Virus record (IMG/VR): IMGVR_UViG_3300019784_001933
Span: 1-40,224 of that record
From: a virus
Taxonomy: Duplodnaviria > Caudoviricetes
DNA: 40,224 nt
Strand: one strand, 5' to 3'
Made by a program: the position numbers and the translations under genes. Below the pieces are notes generated by a model, which worked only from the letters and a program-made list of their open reading frames with translations, had not been told where the DNA came from and did not search any database. Below, piece after piece: positions 1-9,641 of the stretch (the stretch's first letter is position 1; each line of letters starts with the position of its first letter).

Positions 1-126
1 GGGATGCCGACCGCACTGACCTGATGACGCGAGACGGGTCCAACCTGATTTCGTCCTGGCGTGATGTCGTGGCCGGCGCCGACCTGACGCAGCCGACAAG
101 CACGCTTCAGCCGGCATGGTCCGCGA
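1..126. repeat. Terminal overlap (circularisation repeat), left copy
   Basis: 1-126 is identical to 40098-40223; base 127 (c) differs from 40224 (t). Implies a circular unit of 40,097 bp. Confidence 0.95.
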
Positions 127-668
127 CAAGCTTCAACGGCGCGGCTGGCGTCACGCCTGATGGCGTTGATGACTTCCTGCAACTTGCGCCGCATCCGTTC
201 TGGACCGGCGCTACTGCTGGCGAAATCTGGGCTGTTGCCGCCCAAGACGCGCTAGTGGGCGACACGGGCCAGAAAATACTTGTCGCGGTCGGCGCTGGTT
301 CGACGAGCGGTCGCATGATTTCGCGCGTTGTTTCGGGCGCCGCAAACCGCATGCGTGTCCAGTCCGGCGATGGCGTAGCCGCTGTGACGCTGACCGGCTC
401 GACCATCGATTTTTCGACGCGTCACGTTTTGCACCACATCGTCACCGCGACCGACCAGACCGGCAAGATCGACGGCGTTGACGGCCCCGGAACCGGCGCC
501 GTCGTGTCCAACACCAACAATACGCGCATGCGCCTTTTCGCCTTCACCAACACGGGCGCAACGCTGTTCTGGCAAGGCAAAATCCGCAAGCTGCTGTTCA
601 CCAATTCGTTGACCACGGACAAGGCGAACGCGCTTCGCACTTGGCTTCTCACCGAGAGGAAACTCTGA
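1..668 (+). CDS. 3' part of head-spike fibre protein (253 aa across the circular junction; ConA/LamG-like beta-sandwich)
   Basis: Continues the frame starting at ATG 40004 (MISLGIGLGL...AYWDADR...ISSWRD); G/T/A-rich beta-strand pattern; TGA overlaps the next ATG at 668. Confidence 0.75.
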   Translation, partial: DADRTDLMTRDGSNLISSWRDVVAGADLTQPTSTLQPAWSATSFNGAAGVTPDGVDDFLQLAPHPFWTGATAGEIWAVAAQDALVGDTGQKILVAVGAGSTSGRMISRVVSGAANRMRVQSGDGVAAVTLTGSTIDFSTRHVLHHIVTATDQTGKIDGVDGPGTGAVVSNTNNTRMRLFAFTNTGATLFWQGKIRKLLFTNSLTTDKANALRTWLLTERKL

Positions 669-1111
669 TGGCGTCCTGTGCAATCGGCATCGTTCCCGTC
701 GCGCACATCGTCGCGATGAACAAGCTCTTGGCCATGGTTGCGGTTCCTCAGGAGCCGCCGACCTCTGGCAGCCTGTCGCGGCTGTGCAATGCGACGGGCA
801 CCCCGAATTTCTCCGACCCGAACGGCTATGACGGCGCGACGCATTTCCTTGGCGCATGGTCGAGCCTGACGGACGAGCGCGGGGCCTTCTATCTGGGCTT
901 GCGCGACAACCTTCCGGCCCCGGCTGGCGGCTGGCCTTGGGTCTACAACGGGCAGACCGTGCTGACCGAGGCCGAGGCGCAGGCGGCGGCTGATGCCTGG
1001 ACCGTCAGCGTCACATCGCAGGCCGTGTGGGACATCAGCATGATCCACGCCAACCTCGCAGCCGTGCTCCAATCTCAGGGCCTCGCGTTCATCGAATACC
1101 CGGAGGAATAA
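668..1111 (+). CDS. Hypothetical protein in head-spike cluster (possible fibre chaperone/accessory)
   Basis: 147 aa, TGATG-coupled to the upstream gene; no recognised motif. Confidence 0.7.
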   Translation: MASCAIGIVPVAHIVAMNKLLAMVAVPQEPPTSGSLSRLCNATGTPNFSDPNGYDGATHFLGAWSSLTDERGAFYLGLRDNLPAPAGGWPWVYNGQTVLTEAEAQAAADAWTVSVTSQAVWDISMIHANLAAVLQSQGLAFIEYPEE

Positions 1112-1112
1112 A

Positions 1113-1352
1113 ATGTCCAGTTCCGCAGCAGACCCCGCTTATAGGGCGGTGGCCGTAACTCCGTCTGACTTGACCGTTGTCGAAGCCCGCGCGCTGTATG
1201 TCGGCGGCGCAGGCAATGTCGCGGTCAAGTGCCAGATCAACGATACGGCTGTGACATTCGTCGGCGTGGCCGCTGGGACCATCCTCCCGGTTGCGGCCTA
1301 CAACGTGATGAGCACGAACACCACGGCCACCAACATTGTGGCGCTCTACTGA
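1113..1352 (+). CDS. Head-spike base protein, RcGTA Rcc01079 (GhsA)-like
   Basis: 79 aa with AVTPSD...RALYVGGAGNVAV...GTILPV...TNTTAT, the pattern I recognise for this family; SD GGAGG upstream. Confidence 0.8.
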   Translation: MSSSAADPAYRAVAVTPSDLTVVEARALYVGGAGNVAVKCQINDTAVTFVGVAAGTILPVAAYNVMSTNTTATNIVALY

Positions 1353-3622
1353 TGACCGACGCCGCCGACATCGACCGCAAGCCCAAGGACGCGACCGAAT
1401 ACGTCTCGCGCTGGGTTGAGGCGGTGCGGGCGGCCAAGTCGCTTGAAAAGAACTGGCGCGAGGAAGAGGCTTGCAAGGCGGTTGAAGCCTTCCGTGGCGA
1501 GAAGGCCAGCGCCTCGCGCGATTTCAACCTGTATCACAGCAACATTGAGATTCTGGCGCCGGCCATCTTCAACAGCGTGCCCGTTCCTGATGTGCGCCGC
1601 CGCTTTGCCGACAGCGACCCGGCTGGGAAATTCGCCGCCGACATCATCGAGCGCGCTCTGTCGATGTCGATGGACAGCTATGATTTTGACCAGCGCGTGA
1701 AGCTCGGCGTCTATGACATGGCCATTACCGGGCGCGGCGTGATGCGCGTGCGGTATGAGCCGGAAATGGCGATGGATGAAAGCCTCGGCGTTGAGGCTGT
1801 CAAATACCAGACCGCGCCGTGCGAGTATGTGTCATGGGACCGCTTTACGGTCGGCCCGGCGATTACCTGGGACGATGTGCCGTGGATCGAGTTTGACCAC
1901 TACCTGTCCAAGGATCAGGTCGAGAAGCTGGCCGGTGAGGAAATGGCCCGCAAGCTGCCCTATAACTACACGGCAGCCGGCAAGGACGGCGAAAAGAGCA
2001 CGTCCGAAAACATCCCCGATGCGTTCAAGCGCGTTTACCTCATGGAGATTTGGGACAAGCGCGACCGCAAAGTCATTTTCGTTTGCCCAGATTGGTGCGA
2101 CGAGGTTGTCCGCGAAGCCGAAGACCCGCTGAAGCTGGAGGAATTCTTCCCGGTCCCGCGCCCGATGTATGCGGTTGCGCCTGTCGGCAAGCTCTGCCCG
2201 GTCAGCCCCATCACGATCTATCGCGGCTTGCTGGAGGAACTGAACGAGGTCACGCGACGCATCTCGCGGCTGGTGAAGCAGCTTCGCCCGCGCGGCGGCT
2301 ATCTCGGCACCGGGCTGGACATGAAGCCCATGGCCGAGGCTGATGACGGCGAACTTGTGCCGCTGCAAGGCTCCGAGATGACGCTGGCGGCAGGCGCTGT
2401 CGGCATCGACAAGGCGATCACATGGTTCCCGATGGAGCCGACCGTTCTGGCCCTGCGTGAGCTTCTGGCGCAGCGCGACGCGATCAAGCAGACCATCTAC
2501 GAGGTCACGGGCATCGCGGACATCATGCGCGGCGCCTCGGATGCGGGCGAGACGGCATCGGCGCAGAAGCTGAAGGCGCAGTTCGGTTCCGTTCGCGTGC
2601 GGGCCATGCAGATGGAGGTTGCGCGCTTCGTCCGCGATCTGCTGCGGTTGAAGGCCAACATCATGGCCAAGCTGTTCGAACCCGCCGTGCTTATGGAGAT
2701 GACCGGGATCAAGCTGCTCCCGCAGGCGCAGAAGCAACAGTTGATGCAGATGGCGCAGGCCAACCCCGAACAGGCCCAGCAGATCGCGCAGCAGCAGCCG
2801 GAACTGGTCGAGATGGTCAAGGGGCCGTCGATGGAGGAGGTCTTCGGCCTGCTTCGCTCTGACAAGATGCGCGCCTATCGCATCGACATCGAGACGGATT
2901 CGACCATTCGCGGCGACCTGATGCGGAATCAGGAGCAGATGGCGAGCTTCCTTCAGGGAACCGGCCAGTACCTTGCCGCCATCGGCCCGATGGTCAAGGA
3001 AGGCGCTATTCCAAAGGAAGCCGCTGTAGAGCTTTACGCCGCGTTTGCCCGGCAGTTCCAGCTTGGCAAATCGGCGGAGGACGCGCTGGACAACCTCGCC
3101 AAGAGCGCATCGCAGCCGCAGGCCGATCCGGCAGCCGCAGAGGCCGCCAAGGGGCAAGCCGAGGCTGACGCGAAGATGCAAGTCGAGGGCGCCAAGCTAC
3201 AGGCGCAGCAGCAGCTTGAAGCCGCCAAGTTGGAAATGGAGCAGATGAAGCTCCAGGCGACGGCGCAGGCCAAGGCGCAGGAAATCGAACTGAAGAAATA
3301 CGAGATCGACCTTCAGGACCAGCGCGAGCGGATGAAGGCCGAAAAGGAAATCAACATGCGCGCGAGCGAGGCGGCGATGAACGCCCAGCTTAAGCGCGAG
3401 ACGGCTGCAATGTCTGCCAAGCCCACCACGACAGTCAGCCTCGATGCCGGCTCGTCCATGGGCGTTCTGACGGACACGTTGAGCAAGGCCTTGTCCGACC
3501 AGAACGGCAGGCTTGAACAGACACAGATGATGGTCGCGGACGCACTGCGGATGATGAGCGCGCCTAAGCGGATCGTGCGCGGCCCTGATGGCCGTGCGGC
3601 TGGCGTAGAGGCTGCTTCCTGA
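1352..3622 (+). CDS. Portal protein (P22-like, long C-terminal Q/A-rich coiled coil)
   Basis: 756 aa from coupled ATG 1352; GRGVMRVRY and YEVTGIADIMRGAS...ETASAQ portal motifs; position after terminase. Confidence 0.9.
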   Translation: MTDAADIDRKPKDATEYVSRWVEAVRAAKSLEKNWREEEACKAVEAFRGEKASASRDFNLYHSNIEILAPAIFNSVPVPDVRRRFADSDPAGKFAADIIERALSMSMDSYDFDQRVKLGVYDMAITGRGVMRVRYEPEMAMDESLGVEAVKYQTAPCEYVSWDRFTVGPAITWDDVPWIEFDHYLSKDQVEKLAGEEMARKLPYNYTAAGKDGEKSTSENIPDAFKRVYLMEIWDKRDRKVIFVCPDWCDEVVREAEDPLKLEEFFPVPRPMYAVAPVGKLCPVSPITIYRGLLEELNEVTRRISRLVKQLRPRGGYLGTGLDMKPMAEADDGELVPLQGSEMTLAAGAVGIDKAITWFPMEPTVLALRELLAQRDAIKQTIYEVTGIADIMRGASDAGETASAQKLKAQFGSVRVRAMQMEVARFVRDLLRLKANIMAKLFEPAVLMEMTGIKLLPQAQKQQLMQMAQANPEQAQQIAQQQPELVEMVKGPSMEEVFGLLRSDKMRAYRIDIETDSTIRGDLMRNQEQMASFLQGTGQYLAAIGPMVKEGAIPKEAAVELYAAFARQFQLGKSAEDALDNLAKSASQPQADPAAAEAAKGQAEADAKMQVEGAKLQAQQQLEAAKLEMEQMKLQATAQAKAQEIELKKYEIDLQDQRERMKAEKEINMRASEAAMNAQLKRETAAMSAKPTTTVSLDAGSSMGVLTDTLSKALSDQNGRLEQTQMMVADALRMMSAPKRIVRGPDGRAAGVEAAS

Positions 3623-4872
3623 TGGCTGACAACCTAACCGCCCTCGCCAATACGGGAACCGGAACGGACGTTCTGGCGACCGATGAGATTGGCGGCGTGC
3701 ACTATCCCCGGTCCAAGATGGTCTGGGGCGCTGATGGGGTCGCGACTGACGTTTCCGCTGCGGACCCGATGCCTGTCACGGCTGCCGCTCTGCCGTTGCC
3801 GACCGGCGCCGCGACTGAGACAACGGCGGAAGCGGCTCGCGTGCTGATTGCGGCCATCGCGGCGGCGATCAAGGCTGAAGACAGCGCGCACGTCAGCGGT
3901 GACATGGGCGTTCCGCTGCTGGCCATCCGGTCATCGACGGATGCCGTCACGACCTCGAATGATGGTGACTACACCAACCTCAAGATGGACGAGGAAGGGC
4001 GCCTGAAGGTCGCCAGCAAGCCCGCTTCGTATTCGGACATCACAGGCGACATCACGGCTATTCAGGCCACCATCGGCACGCCTGTTGCGGGCGGCACGGT
4101 GTCGGGCGATGTGTCGCGCGCTTCGAACGTGATGGCGTTCTGCACGGGCACGTTCTCGACCGTCAACTGCACTTTTGAGGGCAGCCTAGAAGCTACAGGC
4201 GATGCAAACTGGTTCGGTGTTCAGGCAGTTCGCACCAACGCCAACACGATTGAGACAACCACGGGCAACCTGAGTGCCCAGCCGGCTTATGCTTGGGAGC
4301 TATCGGTCAACGCCCTGTCGCGGTTGCGGGTTCGGGCAACGGCTCGGACCTCTGGCACGCAATCATGGCGTTTCAAGCTTGGCACCTATGCGACCGAGCC
4401 GATCCCCGCCGCTCAGGTGTCGGCTACGCAGCCGGTGTCTGGCACGGTCACGGCGACGGTTGGCACCTCGATCACGGGCGGCACCATCTCGCCGCTGACG
4501 GTCGCGGGCCTGACGATTGAAGCCTCTGCCGCGCGCACCACAACGGCCAACGGCACCACGATCACCAACGCCTCAGGCCGTGGCGCCATGTTCTACATCA
4601 ACGTCTCGGCGGCCTCTGGCACCACGCCGACGCTCGTTGTGCAGCTTCAGGTGCAAGACCCGGTTTCGACAAGCTGGATCGACATCACGGGCGCCGCTAC
4701 GCCGACCATCACGGGCACGGGCCTGTCGATGCTGACGGTCTGCCCCGGCATTGTCGAAGCCGCTAACACGAAGGTCGCGCAGGGCCTGCCCCGCGTTTTC
4801 CGCTTTCGCTGGACGATTGGTGGCACCACGCCGTCCTTCACGTTCAGCATCGGCGCGCAATATCTGATCTGA
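3622..4872 (+). CDS. T/G/A-rich putative virion decoration protein with two beta-sandwich-like domains
   Basis: 416 aa; beta-strand-rich segments ending ...SRLRVRAT and ...PRVFRFRWTIGGTTPSFTFS; coupled to portal. Confidence 0.6.
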   Translation: MADNLTALANTGTGTDVLATDEIGGVHYPRSKMVWGADGVATDVSAADPMPVTAAALPLPTGAATETTAEAARVLIAAIAAAIKAEDSAHVSGDMGVPLLAIRSSTDAVTTSNDGDYTNLKMDEEGRLKVASKPASYSDITGDITAIQATIGTPVAGGTVSGDVSRASNVMAFCTGTFSTVNCTFEGSLEATGDANWFGVQAVRTNANTIETTTGNLSAQPAYAWELSVNALSRLRVRATARTSGTQSWRFKLGTYATEPIPAAQVSATQPVSGTVTATVGTSITGGTISPLTVAGLTIEASAARTTTANGTTITNASGRGAMFYINVSAASGTTPTLVVQLQVQDPVSTSWIDITGAATPTITGTGLSMLTVCPGIVEAANTKVAQGLPRVFRFRWTIGGTTPSFTFSIGAQYLI

Positions 4873-4873
4873 C

Positions 4874-5362
4874 ATGCTCGCGATCTGGCTTGCAACGGGG
4901 CTTCTGGCTGCCCCGGCTGCGGCGCCTCCCGAGCCGGCAGCGCAGACCAGCGGCGGTTATTCGGCAGCCTATGAGAGAAACGCCCGCGAGCGGTTCAAGG
5001 CCCGCGAGCGTTACGAGGATGACGAAGCAGCCCGCGAAAAGCTGCTAGCGGATGCCATTGCAGCCGCATACGACAAGGCGACTGGCCAAGCCCGTGAAGC
5101 GGTCCTGGAGGCCGCGCAGATTGAGCCCGACCAGCCTAGCCGGCCCTCAAAGGTCGAGTTCAGGCGGGCGGCGCAGTCCACGCTACGGGCCGATCTGGCG
5201 CAACTCGCGCAAATGCGGGACGCGCTTAACGCCATCGCCCTTGAACAGCAAGGAATCGCAGTCGAGCGAGACAGAGTGCGGCTTGCCCGCATGCTGGACG
5301 ACGCCATCCAGGCCGCGATTGAGCAGGACGAGGAAGATATCGAGATGCTGCTCCTCGCATGA
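4874..5362 (+). CDS. Hypothetical protein
   Basis: 162 aa, helical, acidic DEEDIEMLLLA end; overlaps next start. Confidence 0.7.
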   Translation: MLAIWLATGLLAAPAAAPPEPAAQTSGGYSAAYERNARERFKARERYEDDEAAREKLLADAIAAAYDKATGQAREAVLEAAQIEPDQPSRPSKVEFRRAAQSTLRADLAQLAQMRDALNAIALEQQGIAVERDRVRLARMLDDAIQAAIEQDEEDIEMLLLA

Positions 5363-5634
5363 CGACTTACGTTTGGCGCGACACGGGCTTCGTTGAGAAA
5401 TCAACGGGGCTGCCGATGCACGTCCGCGACCCCAATGCAATCTGCGCGCCGATGGTCATCCCTGACGTGCCCGAATATCGCTCGCCCATCAACGGGATGC
5501 CGATCACCTCGCGCTCCCACCAGCGCGAAGACCTGAAGCGCAACGATTGCGTTCTAGCCGAGCCCCGCAAGCCCCGAGGTTTCCGTAACCCTCACTTCGC
5601 AAGGAAGCGCGGGTTACGGACCATAGAGGACTAA
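5359..5634 (+). CDS. Conserved small head-region protein
   Basis: 91 aa; YRSPING-PITSRSHQREDLKRN motif, often found before the scaffold gene in such podoviruses. Confidence 0.7.
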   Translation: MTTYVWRDTGFVEKSTGLPMHVRDPNAICAPMVIPDVPEYRSPINGMPITSRSHQREDLKRNDCVLAEPRKPRGFRNPHFARKRGLRTIED

Positions 5635-5640
5635 CCCCGC

Positions 5641-6705
5641 ATGTCGTTTGACGAACAGACCGGCTCGGCCCCCGCCGCAGCCGAAACGCCCGCTATTGTC
5701 GAAAGCGCTCCGGCTCCCGTCGAGACGGTCAGCACGCCCTCGCAAGAGGCGCCTGCCGCACCGTCCATGGAAGAGACGGCGGGCGACGTATGGGATCGCC
5801 TGAACGCGCCCCGCGACGAGACTGGAAAATTCACCGCCAAGGTTCCCGAAAAGGTCGAGCCGGGCGACAAGCCATCCGAAGCCACGACGGATAACCCGGC
5901 CAGCCCTGCTCCGGCAGGCGAAGCACCGGCAGCCCCTGTATCGTGGCCCAAGGACAAAGCGGAAGCCTGGACCAAGCTCGACCCCGACGCCAGGGATTAC
6001 ATCCTGAAGCGTGAGGCCGAAGTCGCGAAGGGCTTTCAGACCACGGCTGATAAGTTCAAGCCGTTCGAGGAACTGGACCGGGTCTTGGAACCCGTCAAGT
6101 CCCGTTTGCAGGCAGAAGGCATATCACCGGCTCAGGCTGTTCAGCGTCTACTCAACGCCCAGTCCATCCTCGACCGTGATCCGCTCACCGGCATTCAGTG
6201 GCTTGCCCGCTCCTACGGCGTGAACCTCGGCCAACTCACCCAGCAGCCGGGTGGGGCAGAACAGACGCAACAGCCTCCCATCGATCCGAGGGTCGAGACG
6301 CTCCAGCAGCGCATCGACCGGCTGGAAAGCGAAGCGCAATTCCGCGCCAAGCAGGAGGCTGAAAACTTCGAGCAATCCCTGAAGTCTGATGTCGAGAAAT
6401 TCCGGGCCAGCCCTGAGCATCCGTATTTTGACGACGTGAAGACCGACATGGCGGCCCTGCTGCAAGCAGGCGTCGTCGCTGACCTGAAGGAAGCTTACGA
6501 GAAAGCCGTCTGGGCCAACCCCACGGCGCGAACGAAGGTTCTGGAAGACCAGCGCAAGGCTGATGCCGCGAAAGCCGCCGCAGCCGCCGCCAAGGCCAAA
6601 CAGGCCGGATCGCTCAACGTCCGTTCCACCCCCGCCAACGCTGCTCCCTCTGCAAGCATCGACGAGACGCTGTCCCGCGCATGGGAAGCGGCTCAATCAC
6701 GGTAA
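5641..6705 (+). CDS. Capsid scaffolding protein
   Basis: 354 aa; acidic P/A/E-rich N-terminus, PVSWPKD...W, LKEAYEKAVWANP; immediately before major capsid. Confidence 0.85.
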   Translation: MSFDEQTGSAPAAAETPAIVESAPAPVETVSTPSQEAPAAPSMEETAGDVWDRLNAPRDETGKFTAKVPEKVEPGDKPSEATTDNPASPAPAGEAPAAPVSWPKDKAEAWTKLDPDARDYILKREAEVAKGFQTTADKFKPFEELDRVLEPVKSRLQAEGISPAQAVQRLLNAQSILDRDPLTGIQWLARSYGVNLGQLTQQPGGAEQTQQPPIDPRVETLQQRIDRLESEAQFRAKQEAENFEQSLKSDVEKFRASPEHPYFDDVKTDMAALLQAGVVADLKEAYEKAVWANPTARTKVLEDQRKADAAKAAAAAAKAKQAGSLNVRSTPANAAPSASIDETLSRAWEAAQSR

Positions 6706-6717
6706 AGGAAGAGCACC

Positions 6718-7683
6718 ATGCCTTCGGCAAACGCCACCTTCACGGAGATGGTCACGACCACCCTCCGCAATCACGCGACCGATGTGGTCGACAACATCAC
6801 CAACAACAACGCCCTTCTCCGCTTCATGAAGAAGCGCGGCAACATCAAGACCAAGTCGGGCGGCTACGAAATCGCCAAGCCGATCTCCTACGCTGAAAAC
6901 TCGACCTATCAGCGCTTCAGCGGTCTGGACACGCTCAACGTCAACCAGTCCGAGGTTCTGTCGGCGGCCAAGTTCGATTGGCAGCAGGCGGCCATCCATG
7001 TTGTTGCCAGCGGGCGCGAGCTTCGCATGAACAACAGCAAGGAAGCGATGATCGATCTCGTCAAGGCCCGCATCGACGCGGCCAAGGCGACGGCGGCCAA
7101 CAACCTGTCCATCGACCTCTACTCGGACGGCGCTCTGGCCAACCAGATCGGCGGTCTTGCGCTCCTGATCCAGACCAACGGCCAGGGCACGGTCGGCGGC
7201 ATCAACTCGGCCACCTACACCAACTGGCGCAACCAGTTCCGCGAGATCAGCGGCACCAATACCTGGACCAAGTCCACCATCAAGGGCGAGATGAACGCCC
7301 TTTGGCTGAACACGGTTTTCGGTCAGGACATGCCCGATCTGCTCCTTTCCTCGCATGACTTCTACGCGGCTTACGAGGAAAGCCTTCAGGATAACCAGCG
7401 CTACACCGACGCCTCGATGGCTGCGGCGGGCTTTGAAACCCTGAAGTACAAGTCGGCTTCGGTCGTTTTCGACACGAACACCAACTTCGGCACCACGGCA
7501 GAGCGCATGTACTTCATCAACACGAAGCATGTGTACCTGATCCAGCACTCCGAGGCGCAGTGGACGCAGGACGACGAGAAGAAGCCGATCAATCAGGATG
7601 GCGTTGTCATCCCGATGTACTGGATGGGCAACCTCATCACCGATTCCCGCCGCCGCCAGGGCATCCTCATCGACGCCGCGTAA
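6718..7683 (+). CDS. Major capsid protein
   Basis: 321 aa; VTTTLRN...DNITNNNALL, SGGYEI, GTVGGIN, MYFINTK, WMGNL; strong codon bias; SD AAGGA. Confidence 0.9.
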   Translation: MPSANATFTEMVTTTLRNHATDVVDNITNNNALLRFMKKRGNIKTKSGGYEIAKPISYAENSTYQRFSGLDTLNVNQSEVLSAAKFDWQQAAIHVVASGRELRMNNSKEAMIDLVKARIDAAKATAANNLSIDLYSDGALANQIGGLALLIQTNGQGTVGGINSATYTNWRNQFREISGTNTWTKSTIKGEMNALWLNTVFGQDMPDLLLSSHDFYAAYEESLQDNQRYTDASMAAAGFETLKYKSASVVFDTNTNFGTTAERMYFINTKHVYLIQHSEAQWTQDDEKKPINQDGVVIPMYWMGNLITDSRRRQGILIDAA

Positions 7684-7710
7684 GCGTCTCAAACACAAGG
7701 AACCACCGAG

Positions 7711-8193
7711 ATGACTTATGCAATCGGCCAGAATACGGCTGAAACCTACACGCTGGCGGAGCTTGCCTCCTCCGGTAAGGGCTTTGGCCTTGGCGACCGC
7801 TACACCGACCACACCGGCAAGGAGTGGGTTTTCGTTGTCGCGGGCGGCGCCATCGCTGCCTCTGATGTCGCGGTCTTCGATGAGGCTTATTCGGCGCTCG
7901 CGCTGTCTACCTCGAACGATGCTCGCGGCGATCTCGTCGGCGTGGCGCCTGCCGCCATCGCCTCGGGCTCCTACGGCTGGCTTCAGCGCACCGGGCCTTG
8001 CACGATGAACGTGCTGGCCTCCTGCGCCGCCAATACCCGTCTGAACACGACCGCTACCGGCGGCTCGCTCGATGACGACAACACCGTTGGCGCCTTCACT
8101 GTCGATGGCATCTTCCTGACGACCGCTCGCGCGGCTTCGCCTGGTTCGGCCCCCGGCATCCTGAATAACCCGATCATCGGCGTCGTTCTCTAA
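7711..8193 (+). CDS. Capsid decoration/cement protein
   Basis: 160 aa G/A-rich; GKEWVFV and YGWLQRTG; directly after the capsid gene, before a terminator. Confidence 0.7.
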   Translation: MTYAIGQNTAETYTLAELASSGKGFGLGDRYTDHTGKEWVFVVAGGAIAASDVAVFDEAYSALALSTSNDARGDLVGVAPAAIASGSYGWLQRTGPCTMNVLASCAANTRLNTTATGGSLDDDNTVGAFTVDGIFLTTARAASPGSAPGILNNPIIGVVL

Positions 8194-8216
8194 CGGCCCG
8201 CTGGTCTACGCCAACC

Positions 8217-8247
8217 GCCGCCGGGGGCTTCTCTCCGGCGGCTTTTT
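8217..8247 (+). terminator. Intrinsic terminator after capsid genes
   Basis: GCCGCCGG...CCGGCGGC stem followed by TTTTT. Confidence 0.85.
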
Positions 8248-8262
8248 CATGTGAGGCAACCC

Positions 8263-8943
8263 ATGTCCGAACCTCTCCGCATCGATGTCGAACGCTTCTT
8301 CACCAAGTACCATCCCGACCCCGCCGACCCGGCGAAGATGATCGGCGTCGATTATGTCACCTATGGCCCGTTCGGCGCTCTCGACCGTTCCAAGGTGACG
8401 GAGAAAGTCTCGCGGCTGATGTCCGTCCAGCAGGGCGGCGACAGCGATAACCCGAGCATTCAGATTGCTCAGGCCCGCGCCAACATCATTGGCGAGAAGT
8501 ACGACGCATGGAAGCAGGGCAAGGAAGTCCCCGCCAACGGCACGCCGCTGGCCGCCTGGAACCTGTTGCAGCCCGACGACGCGGAAATCCTGCGCTCGCA
8601 TCGGATCTACACCGTCGAGGACGTGGCGTCGCTCACCGACACTCTGCTCCAGCGCATTGCCATTCCGAACGGGCGTTCGATGGTCGAGCAGGCCAAGCTG
8701 TTCCTCAAATCCGCCGACACCAACCGCGCAGCCGCCGACATGGCCGCGATGAAGCTGCGGATGGAGCTTCTGGAGTCCGAGCTTCGCGATGCGAAGACCG
8801 CGCTGATCCAGACCGTTCCCGATGCGACCGACGACGAGGATGGCGAGACGGGCGGCGAGGGTTTCGTTCCGGCTCCGCGCCGTGGCCGTCCCCGCAATGC
8901 CGAACTGGCCGCGCGTCGCGCCGCCGAGACTGAGGCCGCCTGA
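8263..8943 (+). CDS. Conserved phage protein with HhH-like segment and AT-hook-like PRRGRPR
   Basis: GTPLAAW...LRSHRIYTVEDVASL pattern; C-terminal RRGRPR. Confidence 0.7.
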   Translation: MSEPLRIDVERFFTKYHPDPADPAKMIGVDYVTYGPFGALDRSKVTEKVSRLMSVQQGGDSDNPSIQIAQARANIIGEKYDAWKQGKEVPANGTPLAAWNLLQPDDAEILRSHRIYTVEDVASLTDTLLQRIAIPNGRSMVEQAKLFLKSADTNRAAADMAAMKLRMELLESELRDAKTALIQTVPDATDDEDGETGGEGFVPAPRRGRPRNAELAARRAAETEAA

Positions 8944-9641
8944 TGTCTCTCCTCACGCTTTGCCAAGCAGCGGCCCGCCAACTCAATGTTGGCGTGCCCA
9001 GCGCTATCGTTAACAACACCAACGAGAATGCTGCGCTCCTGCTTCGGCTGGCGACGGAGGAGGGGCTTTCCCTGATGCGGCGTTATCCGTGGCAGGCAAT
9101 CACGGCTGAGAAGACGTTCACGACCGTTGCGGCGGATGAGCAGACCGACGCCATCCCGTCCGATTACGACAGGATGATCCCCGAGACGATGTTCAACCGA
9201 AACACGCGGCGGCGCGTGGCCGGGCCTCTGTCAGCCGAGGAATGGCAGCAGACCAAGGCGACGTTGGTCACCTATGTGAACCCGACGTTCCGCATCCGTG
9301 GCGATGCCATCCTGATGTCGCCAAACCCTCCGGCTGGCGAAACCATCGCCTACGAGTACGTCAGCAAGAATTTCTGTCGCTCGGCTGGCGGGACCGCGCA
9401 GGCGGATTGGGCGGCGGATACGGACACGGGCCGGATTGACGAGGGCCTGATGACGCTTGGCCTGATCTGGCGCTTTCGTCAGGTCAAGGGCCTGTCCTAC
9501 GCCGACGACATCCAGATGTATGAGCGCCGCGTCGCGGACGCTGAAATGCGCGATGGCGTGAAGCCCCGCATTACGACCGATCCCAACGCCTATGACCGCG
9601 CAGCGACGAAGCTGCAAGTCCCTGAGACGTGGAATATCTGA
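8943..9641 (+). CDS. Head-tail adaptor (P22 gp4 / tail tubular A-like)
   Basis: 232 aa; MSLLTLCQ start, YPWQ, IPSDYDR, LGLIWRF...KGLSY; synteny. Confidence 0.75.
   Translation: MSLLTLCQAAARQLNVGVPSAIVNNTNENAALLLRLATEEGLSLMRRYPWQAITAEKTFTTVAADEQTDAIPSDYDRMIPETMFNRNTRRRVAGPLSAEEWQQTKATLVTYVNPTFRIRGDAILMSPNPPAGETIAYEYVSKNFCRSAGGTAQADWAADTDTGRIDEGLMTLGLIWRFRQVKGLSYADDIQMYERRVADAEMRDGVKPRITTDPNAYDRAATKLQVPETWNI

Noticed and set aside
1-126. Biological direct terminal repeat
   Set aside because: Falls mid-gene, and its length is close to a common assembly k-mer (127); best read as circular overlap.
1832-3181. 449-aa minus-strand ORF (likewise 6697-7812, 13818-15284, 18924-19889, 34157-35056, 38589-39572)
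   Set aside because: Antisense shadows of well-supported GC-rich genes; no recognisable motifs.
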